A DNA stretch of 64,000 nucleotides from the human T2T-CHM13v2.0 reference genome, Homo sapiens. The stretch is taken from NCBI RefSeq assembly GCF_009914755.1, contig NC_060938.1; one strand, 5' to 3'. Positions 18,021 to 36,885 of the stretch are shown here, one piece after another (the stretch's first letter is position 1; each line of letters opens with the position of its first letter). Both the position numbers and the translations under genes were made by a program. The notes beneath the pieces were generated by a model. That model saw only the letters and a program-made list of their open reading frames with translations, was not told the DNA's origin and did not search any database.

Positions 18021-19499
18021 AAAAATAAATCACTATTTTGACATTGCGCTGATTCTGTTCAGTAACCATAAGCCTCATAATTGTTCAGTATTGTTTCTAT
18101 ATTTGAATTCTTTCTATGCATATACATAAGTAGAAGTCTGGCAGACTAGAGAGATAGCCAGACTCACTTTTATAAAAATGGGATGATACTATAAATTCAC
18201 TTCCGTCGCTGACAGCCCATCCTCCACCTACCTTCTTATCTCTGATCCTCCCTAGCAGCCCTATCCAGGTTTCCCTGGTTAGAAGGAGAAGCTCGGTCTT
18301 TTCCAGATTCACAGGGAAAGGTTCCCAAGCAGGAGGAGTGAGGAGGAGCCAGGTGGCAGGGCCAGGCCAGGCCAAGCCTTTCTCCACTGCTTCTCTGCAG
18401 AATTTCCTTGGCTGCTGGTTTTGGAAGTGTGTGACATTAGGTTATGTCCATTTCCTTGGTTGGTGGCTGCTGATAAAAATTTTGACTGGTTTCACTATTT
18501 TGATGCTATAATTCTTCATTTTTTTTTAGGCATTGCTAAGTTAGATAAATCTTATGTTCAGTCTTTTCTATCTTATCTTTACCCCAAGTCTACCTCCTTA
18601 AAATACTTTTATGAGCACAAATCCCTGATGTAAAATCAAGCCATAATGTGTTTCCTGGAGTAGGGGCGGACAAATATGTTAACTAAATTCTTTTTGCGTG
18701 CTTCATGTTGGATCAATTCTTAAGGAATAATTTTGACTGAGCCTCTTTTAAGCTTTTCCAGGCCTGGCTTGTTTTCCTGAAAAGCTTCAAAGCAGAGAGG
18801 AGAATCTTTGTCAGTTAGCTGGGTGAGTGGTTCACAAGCCTCACTGTTGTGACACACTCCGTCATTTGTGAGGGCATCACAGCCATTTTGTTAATAGAAA
18901 TACAGAGCCAAAAGTCAAACATGATTTTATATGTGTGAGATGTTGCCCGAGGGAAAGGGCAAAGAATGAGAAGAGCTGGACTGGGCAACTCTCATGTGAC
19001 CCCAGGTCCCTTTCAAAGTTGAGTTTCTCTAGCAAGTTTGGGATTTCCAAATGTTTCTACTGAGAAAAAAAAAAAAAGGAAACGTGCAATTAAATTAGAA
19101 AACTACACAGCTCTTACTGAAGAGCTGAAATTTTAAAAAGATGCTTAAAATAAAGCAAGGAAGATAAGGAGAAAGAAACATAAAGCATCCAAACCTGAAA
19201 GAATAACATTCAGATAGGCTAACACTCAGAAAAGATTGGAGTCTTGCCAAACATCCTGAGGTCAGCCGCCACCACAGCAAAAAGACTGTTTGATTTGGAG
19301 TGACAAGAAAGATGATGTGATCTCAGAGGAAACAGATGGCTCACTAAAGATATTTGAGGATATTTTAATAAAAAGAAGATTTTAAAAGGTGTGAGTAGGA
19401 TACAGGGAAAGTGACAAAAGATGGAGCAAGTTGGAACCTGATGGGAGTAATCTGGGGGGAAGGAACCCATAGCAGAAGTGGTGGCTCTCAATGGTGGAG

Positions 19500-19703
19500 C
19501 CCAGCCAATCCGTGGGATCGGGCAGGAAGGGAGCTGACCCACTGTCTGCTCCACGACCTCCTGGTGCTGCCTCCCCTTGGCTGAACCCAGCCAGAAGGCA
19601 AAGAGAGACCCATTGGTCCATTCCGTCCAAGATCTCTCTCAGGGCTCAGAGCAGCGTACAGAAAGGTAGTGTTTCTGGAGGAACAAATAGAAGATATCCA
19701 GCA
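19500..19703 (-). mobile_element. LTR33-like ERVL LTR fragment
   Basis: Reverse complement resembles the 5' part of recalled LTR33 ('ccttggctgaacccagccagaaggc...tctggaggaacaaatagaagatatccagca'). Confidence 0.55.
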
Positions 19704-19861
19704 GTAAGGGCAAGGAGGCACAGAAGTACTTCCTGCTTCAAGGGGTTGAGTGGCTATGGTAGTTGATGTTGAGAAGGCAGATGAAGTAAAAGCAACTTCG
19801 CATATATCTTTCCTATCAAAGACAATGGTCTAACTGGAAAGAAAACAATAAACAGGGTTGT

Positions 19862-21215
<1,354 letters not shown>

Positions 21216-21264
21216 AATCCCAAAGTGGTCAAAGCAATAAGCCAATACTTAACTCCTTTAAGCC

Positions 21265-22600
21265 CATCTGCAGGCCTAAATGAATCTTACCTGAGAGTGC
21301 TGAAAGAAAATTATGTTTAATTTCCAGAAAGGGTCAAAAGAGTACATTATTGAACCTGTAATAAAGTTACTGAAATTAAAAGGAATGTTAAAGATCTCAG
21401 GTTTCTTGATTTCAGGAAGCTATTTGATGGAGCCTTTCAAAGTTTGGTTGGTAATGAATATGCTGGAGAAACACCGGCCATACAAGAAGGTTTCCCTGAC
21501 CTGGGATGGACAGTCATGCACAGTGTTTACTAGTGTTGCTCGCATGGCATGAGGAGGAAAGGGCACAGGACCCTTCTTTTTGACCCACTCCTATTCAAGT
21601 TTCTATGAAGGTCTTGAATGAAGATAGGAGGTGTAGGTCAAAGTCGTGGTTATGACTGTTTCAAAGTCAGAAAGGAGAATCGGTTCTGTGGATCTTACAA
21701 GCTCCTTTAAGATGCCTCAGGCTATGAAGCTGTGGGAGAGCTGGAAATTCTGGATGGATGGGATAATATTTCCTGAAGCTTGAGGGAAGGTGTTTGCTGA
21801 AGTTTGTCCAATGTGCTCTGTATGAAGCCAGAACCCAATGTCCCATCTGCCTTGTTCCAGCACTGCCTCGGATTCCAGATCCTGAGAACCACCCTTTACC
21901 CCAGGGAAACCCCTGATGCCACCTTCTCTGCTGCCAACCATTATGTGGTGTGAGCTGTCCCCAGGTTGCAAGTCTCTGCCAGCAGCCCTGCATGCTTCAA
22001 GACTCTCTGTGTGGCCCCACAGGGCAAGCACAACAAAGAGGTCAAATGACAGAATTTCAAAAGATTTCAACTGATGAACCAAATTAAAGGACATGTTAGG
22101 TATTGGAATTTTCCAATTTACAGAGCTAGTTTGTCCTAGCATTGGCCAGAATGAAGGCTGAAAGAGTGGCAGGGCTGCCACCATGGTTACTGCAGCAGGT
22201 GGAATTCGAGTGCCTGAATTGAGGGAAGTGGGGGTCCTCCTGCATCCCGAGATAGCGAGAGCACCTCAGAAGTGCTGGCTTAGGTGGTGGCACCCACTGT
22301 AAGAGAACGATGACAAATCTCAGTTTCTCCCTAGGAGAGTGCCCAGCAGGGTGATGAGCCAGGAAGATCTGTCAGGATGAAGAGTAGTGAGAGGAAGGGG
22401 GAACCCTGGAGAAGAGAAGAACTTAAAGGGATTCACAAGAAGTTGAGGAGGGCAGAGCTGAATGAGACAAGGTTGCAGGGAAACAGACTTTTTAAGATCA
22501 GTGTAAGGGAAAAAAAAATCCTTGACAATCAGAATTGTTTCAAAACAGAGTCAGCAGCTTCTTGAGACTGGGTCGCTGTGCTAAGAACGTAAAGGGGGAG
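21265..22600 (+). mobile_element. L3/CR1 LINE ORF2 relic
   Basis: Collinear degenerate CR1 RT motifs read by eye: RVLKE (~21295), DFRKLFD (~21409), REVGVLL (~22222), LEKRR(LKG) (~22407), GRAE..LQGNR (~22450); insertion around 21670-22040. Confidence 0.65.
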
Positions 22601-23541
22601 CTGGGTGGCACCAGCAAAGTGGCAGGAATGTGTCCCTGCAGGGTCTTTGCTGCCTTCCGAATCCTCTCCTTTGTGATCCTGTAATTTGTGAGAGAGCCTG
22701 GAGGGTAGCATGGAAAAGAGAGAGGAGAGGACCTGACAGCAGTATTTCCATCTTGTCCCCTAACAATTGCCTAGGCAGTCTCCTCTCAGCAGGGAAGCAA
22801 ACTGGTCACCAAATAATAATAATTATCCCCCTACATTTCCTTAATTATTTAAACTTCTGAAAGGACATCAAACACAGCAAAGAGTCAATGACTTGCTTTC
22901 AGAAGTGATTCAGACTGTAGCTCCACCCATAACAGTGTCACCTTGAGCAGTCACATATGCCTTAACATCCTTCTTTCTAAAGCAATTCCATCTTCCCAGG
23001 TTGATTGTTGAGCGTTTAGACATGATGACATATATAATCTTTATATATGTATATTTACAAGTATATGTTTATGGATAAATTTTGACTGCCTGTAACCCAT
23101 GTGGCCTTGTGTCATCACACATAAGTTCACTGAAGCTCCCAACAACCAGACTTTTGGGGAAGTACAAACCTCCACATTAGCACTAGGTCTCCTTGCCTGC
23201 CCCTCTGCTGGAAGAATCCCTGGCAGGGGCCTTCTTTGGTGATGGGATTGAATTTTCTATTTCCTGAAATGTAATCAGCTTTCAGTTTCAATGGTGGTCA
23301 CCCCCTTGTACCTTCTTTTAAAGATTGGAACGCTGTATTGGTTTCTCAGGGCTGCTGTGGTCTTCATAGAAGATGACCCGCGTATTTCCAAGGTTTCCTC
23401 CAGGATTGCTGGGGCTGTCTGCGTCCAGATGTTAAGGTTACTGTAGACAATAAATGGGAGAGGGTGAAGGAAGGAGGATGTTTAGAGAAAATTATCCAGT
23501 CACCTGGAGGAAAGGCTCTTAGCTGCAAAAGAGGAAATAAG

Positions 23542-23840
<299 letters not shown>

Positions 23841-24864
23841 CTATTTAGCACAACATCAAATAAGCAGTTTGTTGCTTATGTCTGAACACTTCTGTGAAAA
23901 CAGGCAAAGGCAGTCGTGTGTAGGTTCTGGTGACCAGGAACTGGAGCTGCACAGAGGTGTAGAGGCTCCCAAAGCTCGTCAATTGTTTATGAAGGGAGTA
24001 AAGGCTGGAAGTCAGGGGGTGGGTGTCAGTTTCTGCCACTAGCTACCAGATTTCTCCTAAAGATGGGAAAGCTCCCTTTATAGAGCTGGAGTGCAATTTT
24101 GTGTTTTCTTTGTGTTTGGCAATGTCTGTTACTGACTTGCAATAGATATGCAACAGTATAGGTATGTTCATCTTAGTATTTTGGGGACAAAACTCCCAAA
24201 CCAGCCACCACACAAATGTATTTATAGGTACCAGTAGGCACCTTTGGACTCGGAGGGAAGTCAGCCTCCTTAAAGCCGTATTCAGTAAGGAGAATGAAGG
24301 GTAGGCATGGCTGCAGCTTGGGTTGTGCCCACCATGTGGATATCCAGCCATGATCTCAATAGTCAGGTTGGTCCACATTGTCCAGATATCTCCATGTAAC
24401 ATTAACTCAGACTTTATGAAAATAACCGGTGAGAATAACCAAAGCCACATTGGGTAATGAAAACTGTATGTACAATTTTCTTTAGTTACATTGATGTTGT
24501 TACATACTGTTCATAATTAATTACATTGGTTTGTAATGTATCATGTCCTATTGTATTGTAGGTTCTAATACCAAGACCCTAGGTGTTCCTCTCTTAAAAG
24601 CTGGTGACCACCTTTAACTCATGTGGTAAAAGAATGATAGTTCTGGGAGGATCTGCATTCTCTCTGTGTCCATGCAGCATTGCCCCACACTGCCTGTGCT
24701 GAGCTGCATGATCCTCATAGCTACATCATAGTCTTTGCTTGTAGGCTTGTCGTTTGGAGAACCGTCTTGGAGTCTTTATTGGTTGATGTCAATGGAAAGC
24801 TCTGCTTCCCTCTGGATGTCCTATGGTATTGCTGTTCCTAATGTCTTTCTAATGAGTGCTACGT

Positions 24865-24995
24865 GTCTGTATGTGTGTATAAAGAGATTTATGTAAAGAA
24901 TTGGCTCATGTGATTACGGAGGCTGAGAAACCCCAAGATCTGCATTTGCCACTAAGTACTCAGATATTTGGTCAAACATGATTGTGAGTGCTGTT
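24865..24995. mobile_element. MLT2 LTR fragments in opposite orientations
   Basis: 'gagattttatgtaaagaattggctcatgtgattacggaggctgagaa' (minus) joined to 'cagatatttggtcaaacatgatt' (plus). Confidence 0.6.
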
Positions 24996-26611
24996 GAGTG
25001 CTGTATTTTTTAACTGCCACGTAATCCCCTCAAGGTCCGTGTTATTCTAGACAGTAAACCGGGAGAGGCTTCTAAAGCCCCCTTTGTCAGGAAATGTTAC
25101 TTTAGAATCTGACCTTGTGTGAAACACAGATGACAGAACCTCTCTAGTGCAATGACATTAAAATCCTCCCCCAGTACTTGAAGTGCAAGGGAAATAGCTC
25201 ATTGCTATTATGGCTGGATCATCTCATGGCCTCTCAACAGATCAAGAGCACCATTACTACTGTTGCTTTCTTGACTTGTGTTTTACTTTTATTCTAACAT
25301 TTGTTGCAGTCTGTGTTAAATAGGGAGGTAGACCAAACTATGAGAAGGAGCCCTATATTGGAAACTGTATAGCCAACTATGAAACCTCCAGGCTTACTTT
25401 GCTTTCTCATTACAGGCGGCCTTCCCCTCTGCTCCACTGGAGAGAGTCAGAGTAATTGGCTCTTGCTTTATATGAAGGATATGCTCCCAAAAAAGTTGTA
25501 TTTAAATCAAGTTTTAACAAACCGACTCATGCTTGTTTATCCACTTATAACACTTACTATTTAAAGGAAATGATAAAGAGTCCTTTTCTGTTGTTACAGC
25601 GTAGTTGGCAAAGCTGTATCTTCTGAAGACTGACTTGCACTCAGCAGTTTTAGATCAACTCGAGTCTGTTTATACTAAGATCCACAGACCCCTGGTGGTT
25701 CTCAGATGACTTGCAAATTCTACTAGTTTTTCCAATTGTGTGTTTTTTGATGATAACTTAAAAATTTTTTATGATAATCTTTTCATTGTTTAGTATAATA
25801 ATGTACAGATAAACCCTAGATGATCACCTTATAACTGAGTGCTGTCATGAGATTTCAGTGCCTTTGTTCTCAGTCCTGTAGGTAACCAAGACTTCATCTA
25901 AAATCACATCACTTGACTTTAAATGTTTGCAAGACACATCTGACTGTCATTGGGTTGATAAAATCTGTCTTGTCCTCATTTTGTGTTGTGTGGGACTCTA
26001 TCATCAGGTACAAAAGCAAAACTCCTTTGCCATGAGCGTTCACAGTTGAATGACTTTTTTATAGACCAAGAGTTTAGTTTCTTAGAGTATATATTGAATC
26101 AATTTGGCATCATGGAAATGGCATAGTACATTAGAGGCACATACTATGTTAACTGTCACAATCTAATGATAAAGAACAGAAAAGGACATATTACATAATC
26201 GGTGCATTTCTGTTAAAGTCATGGCAAGCTTATTGAACTAGTTTTATAGCAATTTGGCAGGATAAAAATGATGGGAGGATGGAGTCATCATAGGGTGCCT
26301 GCCCTGTAGCATGGACACCTGGGACACACCTTGCTGGATGATGTCTTCTTTGGGTTCCATCTTAATACATGACAACTGGAAATAATTCTGTAGCAGAAAG
26401 TAGAGTGTAAAATAGAAAATGACTCTTATTCTGATGAATCAAAGTTTTTAAGCCATATATGTCGGAGTACACTTGAATTACTTCTGTAAAAACTAGCACA
26501 TTATATAAAAATCATAATAAAAACAGAGATTCCAGTGAGGGGTCCCTCTTGTTCAGAGTCGAAAGATTCAAGTCAACAAAAATGGAACCTGTAAGTTAGT
26601 CTTTTTGCCAC

Positions 26612-26954
26612 TGTTAAAAGAAAAACACTGGACACAATACTTTTAACAGAGTTTATGTGAGCATTAGAGGATTCATGAATTGGGCAGCACCCAGAACCAG
26701 AAAAGGTTCAGAGAGCTCTACCCAGCAGCATGGGTAGTGAGCTTTAATAGGCGGAACGTGGAAGTAAGACAAAGAAAACATATTTGATTTGTTAGAGTAG
26801 AAAGTCCCTAGTTAGAGGTTAGTTGGAGGTTTCTGATGGTAACTTCTCTAGTTTCATTTTACTGTTCACATTGGGCTTTGGTTTGCTTACCTAGGAACTT
26901 AAAGTGCTGGGAATGCTTCGGCTTAATGACCTCCCAATTAAAATTTTTTTAACA
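26612..26954 (-). mobile_element. ERV1 solo LTR (MER57/MER93-like)
   Basis: TGTTAA...TTAACA termini, 4-bp TSD ccac / tcac, internal similarity to recalled MER57/MER93 consensus. Confidence 0.7.
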
Positions 26955-27217
26955 TCACTTTTATTTATGATCTACAAAGTGGCAACTGCCTATTTTTTTT
27001 TAATTTTATTATTATTATACTTTAAGTTTTAGGGTACATGTGCACAATGTGCAGGTTTGTTACATATGTATACATGGCCATGTTGGTGTGCTGCACCCAT
27101 TAACTCATCATTTAGCATTAGGTATATCTCTCAGTGCTATCCCTCCCCTCTCCCCCAACCCCACAACAGTCCTCGGTGTGTGATGTTCCCCTTCCTGTGT
27201 CCATGTGTTCTCATTGT

Positions 27218-31044
<3,827 letters not shown>

Positions 31045-31107
31045 TATGATGTTAGCTGGTTGTTTTGCTCATTGGTTGATGCAGTTTCTTCCTAGCCTTG
31101 ATGGTCT

Positions 31108-32119
31108 TTACAATTTGGCATGTTTTTGCAGTGGCTGGTACTGCGGTTGTTCCTTTCCATGTTTAGTGCTTCCTTCAGGAGCTCTTTTAGGGCAGGCCTG
31201 GTGGTGACAAAATCTCTCAGCATTTGCTTGTCTGTAAAGTATTTTATTTCTCCTTCACTTATGAAGCTTAGTTTGGCTGGATATGAAATTCTGGATTGAA
31301 AATTCTTTTCTTTAAGAATGTTGAATATTGGTCCCCACTCTCTTCTGGCTTGTAGAGTTTCTGCTGAGAGATCAGCTGTTAGTCTGATGGGCTTTCCTTT
31401 GTGGGTAACCCGACCTTTCTCTCTGGCTGCTCTTAACATTTTTTCCTTCATTTCAACTTTGGTGAATCTGACAATTATGTGTCTTGGAGTTGCTCTTCTC
31501 AAGGAGTATCTTTGTGGCGTTCTCTGTATTTCCTGAATTTGAATGTTGGCCTGCCTTGCTAGATTGGGGAAGTTCTCCTGGATAATATCCTGCAGAGTGT
31601 TTTCCAACTTGGTTCCATTCTCCCTGTCACTTTCAGGTACACCAATCAGACGTAGATTTGGGCTTTTCACATACTCCCGTATTTCTTGGAGACTTTGTTT
31701 GTTTTTATTCTTTTTTCTCTAAACTTCTCTTCTCGCTTCATTTCATTCATTTCGTCTTTCATTGATGATATCCTTTCTTCCAGTTGATCACATCGACTAC
31801 TGAGGCTTGTGCATTCGTCACATAGTTCTCGTGCCGTGGTTTTCAGCTCCATCAGGTCCTTTAAGGACTTCTCTGCATTGGTTATTCTAGTTAGTCATTC
31901 TTTTAATTTCTTTTCAAGGTTTTTAACTTCTTTGCCATTGGTTCGAACTTCCTCCTTTAGCTGGTAGTTTGATCTTCTGAAGCCTCCTTCTCTCAACTCG
32001 TCAAAGTCATTCTCCGTCCAGCTGTGTTCCGTTGCTGGTGAGGAGCTGCATTCCTTTGGAGGAGGAGAGGTGCTCTGATTTTTAGAGTTTCCATTTTTTC
32101 TGCTCTTTTTTTCCCCCAT
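31108..32119 (-). pseudogene. Disrupted L1 ORF1, copy 2
   Basis: MGEKKSRKNGNSKNQS... start at 32119; RRM/CTD peptides (RLIGVPE, PRHIIVRF, YPAKLSF); frameshifted. Confidence 0.93.
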
Positions 32120-33126
32120 CTTTGTGGTTTTATCTACCTTTGGTCTTTGATGATGGTGATGTTTTTGGTGTGGATGTCCTTTCTGTTTGTTAGTTTTTCT
32201 TCTATCAGTCAGGACCCTCAGCTGCAGGTCTGTTGGAGTTTGCTGGAGGTCCACTCCAGAGCCTGTTTACCTGCGTATCAGCAGTGGTGGCTGCAGAACA
32301 GCAGATATTGGTGAACCGCAAGTGCTGCTGCCTGATCGTTCCTCTGGAAGTTTTGTCTCAGGGGAGTACCTGGTTGTGTGAGGTGTCAGTCTGCCCCTAC
32401 TGGGGGGGTGCCTCCCAGTTAGGCTACTCGGGGGTCAGGGACCCACTTGAGGAGGCAGTCTGCCCAGACTGCGTGCTGAGAGAACCACTGCTCTCTTCAA
32501 AGCTGTCAGACAGGGACATTTAAGTCTGCAGAGGTTACTGCTGCCTTTTGTTTGTCTGTGCCCTGCCCGCAGAGGTGGAGGCTGCAGAGGCAGGCAGGCC
32601 TCCTTGAGCTGTGGTGGGTTCCACCCAGTTTGAGCTTCCTGGCCACTTTGTTTACCTCCTAAAGCCTGGGCAATGGCGGGTGCCCCTCCTCCAGCCTCAC
32701 TGCCGCCTTGCAGTTTGATCTCAGACTGCTGTGCTAGCAATGAGCGAAGCTCCGTGGGCATAGGACTCTCCAAGCCAGGTGCAGGATATAATCTCCTGGT
32801 GTGCCATTTGTTAAGCCCGTTGGAAAAGGGCAGTATTAGGGTGGAAGTGACCCAATTTTCTGGGTTCCGTCTGTCACCCCTTTCTTTGACTAGGAAGGGA
32901 ATTTCCTGACCCCTTGCGCTTCCTGGATGAGGCGATGCCTCGCCCTGCTTTGGCTCACGCACGGTGCGCTGCACCCACTGTCCTGCACCCACTGTCCAGC
33001 ACTACCCAGTGAGATGAACCCGGTACCTCAGTTGGAAATGCACAAATCACCCATCTTCTGCGCTGGTCATGCTGGGAGCTGTAGACTGGAGCTGTTCCTA
33101 TTCGGCCATCTTGGCTCCACCCCCCC
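32120..33126 (-). promoter_or_regulatory. L1 5' UTR internal promoter with YY1 site; antisense-promoter region
   Basis: YY1 motif caagatggcc near 33104-33113 on the minus strand; activity not demonstrable from sequence. Confidence 0.7.
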
Positions 33127-33308
33127 GGCAACTGCCTATTGTTTTACCTGATATGCACAACATTGGCCATTAGTGTTACCAAAGCAACATCCATCACAAG
33201 AATTAATGCTTCTTGATTTGAATTTTACTCCTCTCTGTCTCTGTTTATGTGCATTCATTTGATTGTACACTTGTATAAGAACTAAAAGCATAAAAAGTTT
33301 ATTCCTAC

Positions 33309-33599
33309 ATCTGGCACAGCTCACGTCTGTAATCCCAGCACTTCGGGAGGCCAAGGCGGGCAGATCATGAGGTCAGGAGTTCAAGACCAGCCTGACCAAC
33401 GTGGTGAAACCCCAACTCTACTAAAAATACAAAAATTAGCCAGGTGGGGTGTTGCGTGCCTGTAATCCCAGCTTCTCAGGAGGCTGAGGCAAGAGAATTG
33501 CTTGAACCCGGGAGGCGGAGGTTGCAGTGAGCCAAGATCGCACTGCACCCCAGCCTGGGTGACAGAATGAGACTCTGTCTCAAAAAAAAAAAAAAAAAA
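33309..33599 (+). mobile_element. Alu (AluSg-like)
   Basis: Dimer plus poly(A); TSD aaaaagtttattccta on both sides. Confidence 0.96.
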
Positions 33600-34194
33600 G
33601 TTTATTCCTAGTTTTACATTTGTAGCATTGAAATTAAAAGAATCTAAATAAATAACAGAGCACTGTGAGAATTTGTTGTTTAACAGAGCTCTATATGCAT
33701 TACACAATTTCAAGGAACATTGATCTGAATGTTCCTATCCCTCATGGACCTTGAGCCCTGACAAAAGTTAATAAAGATGGGTCTCCTTTTCTTCTTGTCC
33801 CCTGCTTTCAGCTCTGAATGAGAAAAGTTTTGCAAATATGTCGGTACTTTGTATTAAGCCTAAAACTTATAAAGTATCAGATTTGTAAGTTGACTGTATT
33901 AACTTTAATTTCTCAAAGTGTTCTCAGTTAATTAGGTTAACCTAAAACTAAAACTATAAAGTGATTCCTCCCCTACCAAGAAAAAAAAAATTAAGCTGAA
34001 ATCCTCTGTTTAGAGTTTCAGGCCTTTGGGCTGGACTCCACAACCCTTCTCAGGAAGTAGCAGTAGACACCTGACCTTAGGCTGTAGTGCTAATATAACC
34101 TGTGTCAGTAGCTGCCCCATTGCAAACAAGGAAATGATCCTCTGAAGTCAAACTCAGGAAGGAACAAGAACCTGTCTCTCTGAGCTCTCTAAAG

Positions 34195-34430
34195 AGTGTG
34201 GTTAAGAGTATGAGCATTGACAACAGACTGCCTAGGTTCAGATACCACCTCTGATGCCAGTTATGTGATTTTGGGCCAGTTTCTTAATCTCTCAATGTCT
34301 CAACAACATGAGTCTAATAATAGCATATATACCCCTATAACCATGGCATGAGGATTAGACAGGTTGATTGGTGTGTATAAAACACTTGGAACAGGGCCTG
34401 GCACAGGGTATGCCTTAGTAGATGTTAGCA
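34195..34430 (+). mobile_element. MIR
   Basis: 'gtggttaagagtatgagc...cagactgcctaggttcagatacc...cttggaacagggcctggcacag'. Confidence 0.8.
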
Positions 34431-35039
34431 CTGCATCACGACTGCTACTATGATTACCGTCCCTGTCACTGTTGCTGCTGCCACCACAGGCAGGTCAGTG
34501 GAACGTCACCCTTCAGGGATTTATCAGCGCCACTCCCTAAGCATGCCACCTGCATGAAGGGCAGACATGAAATTGTGCCGCCAGCGTTCTGGTTTCTTCA
34601 GCGCTCCCTGCCAGCTGAGCTGTGTGAAAAGCACTCAGCTATGAAAAAATGAGAAAGATTGATTGAAATGTTGGTGAGGTCATTGTCAAATATTCTCTGT
34701 CAACTGAATGACTGCAAATAGGGAGATGACTGCCCCCCCACCAAGTCAGCCTAGGAGGGTTCAGTCCTTCATTTATTCATTCACACATCACTCCTTCACT
34801 GTGCCAGCCAGCCATGACAATTAAGTGCATTTGGGAGGAGGTGGCAGCTGAGCTGGAAAGGGGGTTTGGCATTATGCTGGGAAGGTGTAAAAAGCCAGGC
34901 TGAAGATTTGGGCCGTCTTTTTTTTTCCCCCAGATAGTGGGGAGCTGGATTTGGAGACAAGAAACCTTTGTAGACCCTCTGGCACTCTCTATTGACAGAT
35001 CACTGCTAGGAGGCAGTGTGACTCGGAGAACCGCATGGG

Positions 35040-35250
35040 CTCCGCCACCAGCTCTGGGTTCCGCACTCATTAGCCAGATGACCTTGGGCTCATTATTTAG
35101 CAAGCCTGCACTTCTGTTTCCTCACCTACAAAATATGCATAAAATAGCAGTACATACCTCACGGAGTTGTTCTGGGGCTTAAATGAGTTCATCTGTGCAA
35201 ACATTTAGACGAAGTGCTTGACATAATCAGAGCTATGTAGGTGCTGTTAA
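35040..35250 (+). mobile_element. MIR
   Basis: 'gatgaccttgggctcattatttagc...ctgtttcctcacctacaaaat...ttaaatgagttcatctgtgcaaacatttaga'. Confidence 0.8.
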
Positions 35251-35562
35251 TTCTTCTTTGCCCCACTGGTCCCCAGGTTCCATATCTGTAACAAGAAGCA
35301 ACTGGACCACATAATTTCACATCCTTTTATACCCAAGTTTTTGATCAAGAGAGCTCAGGCTGTACTTTAAGCTTAATGTGACAGTGATTTATAGCATAGC
35401 TTGGGGGCGATCTGAACACTTGGGGGCAGAAAAACAAGTTAGGCTTTCCCTGTTTCCATCATTCTCCCACCTTTCCTCCATCTGCCTGTCCCCACCTGGA
35501 CATACATGCCAAAAGCCACGGCCCATTTTACTAGATCTAGGTAGTATGGGAAAAGACCATGA

Positions 35563-35913
<351 letters not shown>

Positions 35914-36644
35914 TAAACTTCTTTACCAGGAAATAGGATTAAGAGGAGGTAGAAGGAAATTAGAGTAGGATCAGAAAGATAGAAAAAGGAGTTTTCTCTG
36001 AAACAATAGGACAGCCAGATACAGGCTGAGCAGGCCCAATGATGGATAGAGAGGCACATCCACTGCTGAGCTCTAACCTAGAGAGAGAATGTCTCAAAAC
36101 TCCTTGCATGGAAGGTGCCTGGAAATGTATTTATTCTCCTGTTGTTTATTCTCACCTCTCTTCATTCCTTTTTCTTTCTTCTGTCCTTGAATCGCAGCAG
36201 ATAAAAAGACAAATCTGCTGAGAGGATGCATGTCACAAGTGGTCAGATGAATTACAGCCATAGCACCATATAGATAAGAGGCAAGGCTGGCGCCTGGGCA
36301 GGTCTGAGAGGGTCCAGGAGGACACACACCATATCAAATTGTGCAATTTAGCAAATGGCTGGTGGCAGACTGAAATGATAGTTAATCTGTTTTCCATGCA
36401 CTAAAGGCTTTTGCCAAACTAAGATTTGCTGTGAAGACCCAAAGCTGGAGCCCACCCAGGGAGCGGGCTGCCTTGGATGCGTTTCCCAGCCTTCTACAGT
36501 GGATGCCAGTAAAACTAACTAGAGACATGAATGGGCACCAGGATAAACACAAGGGGATATTTTGTTCTTACCATTAGAGAAGGATACTGCTAACTGGCAA
36601 GAAGTCCCATGGTTGTTATCTTTTGATTAGTAGTAGTAAAAATA

Positions 36645-36885
36645 CTATTTAAAGCTAGTAGCATTTTTTGAGAGCTTGCTTTACACTGGGTACTTTTTCA
36701 AGTGTCTTACAAGTATTCGCTCATTTTATCTGCACGGCAGCTGTATGAAGAGAATACTGTCATTATCTTCACTGCATAGGTGAGCAATGGAGGCACAGAG
36801 AAGTTCAGCAACTTGTCCAAGCTCTCATAGCTGGGAAGTGGCAGAGCCAGGCTTTGAACTCAGGCAGTCTGACTCAGAGTCCAAG
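36645..36885 (-). mobile_element. MIR
   Basis: 'gaggcacagagaagttcagcaacttgtccaag...gcagagccaggctttgaactcaggcagtctgactc'. Confidence 0.85.

Noticed and set aside
23900-24450. 135-aa ORF / possible ERVL or MaLR internal relic
   Set aside because: No convincing gag or pol motif identifiable by eye; needs an HMM search
25680-26450. Possible Charlie-type DNA transposon relic
   Set aside because: Only vague resemblance; no terminal repeats or transposase motif could be supported
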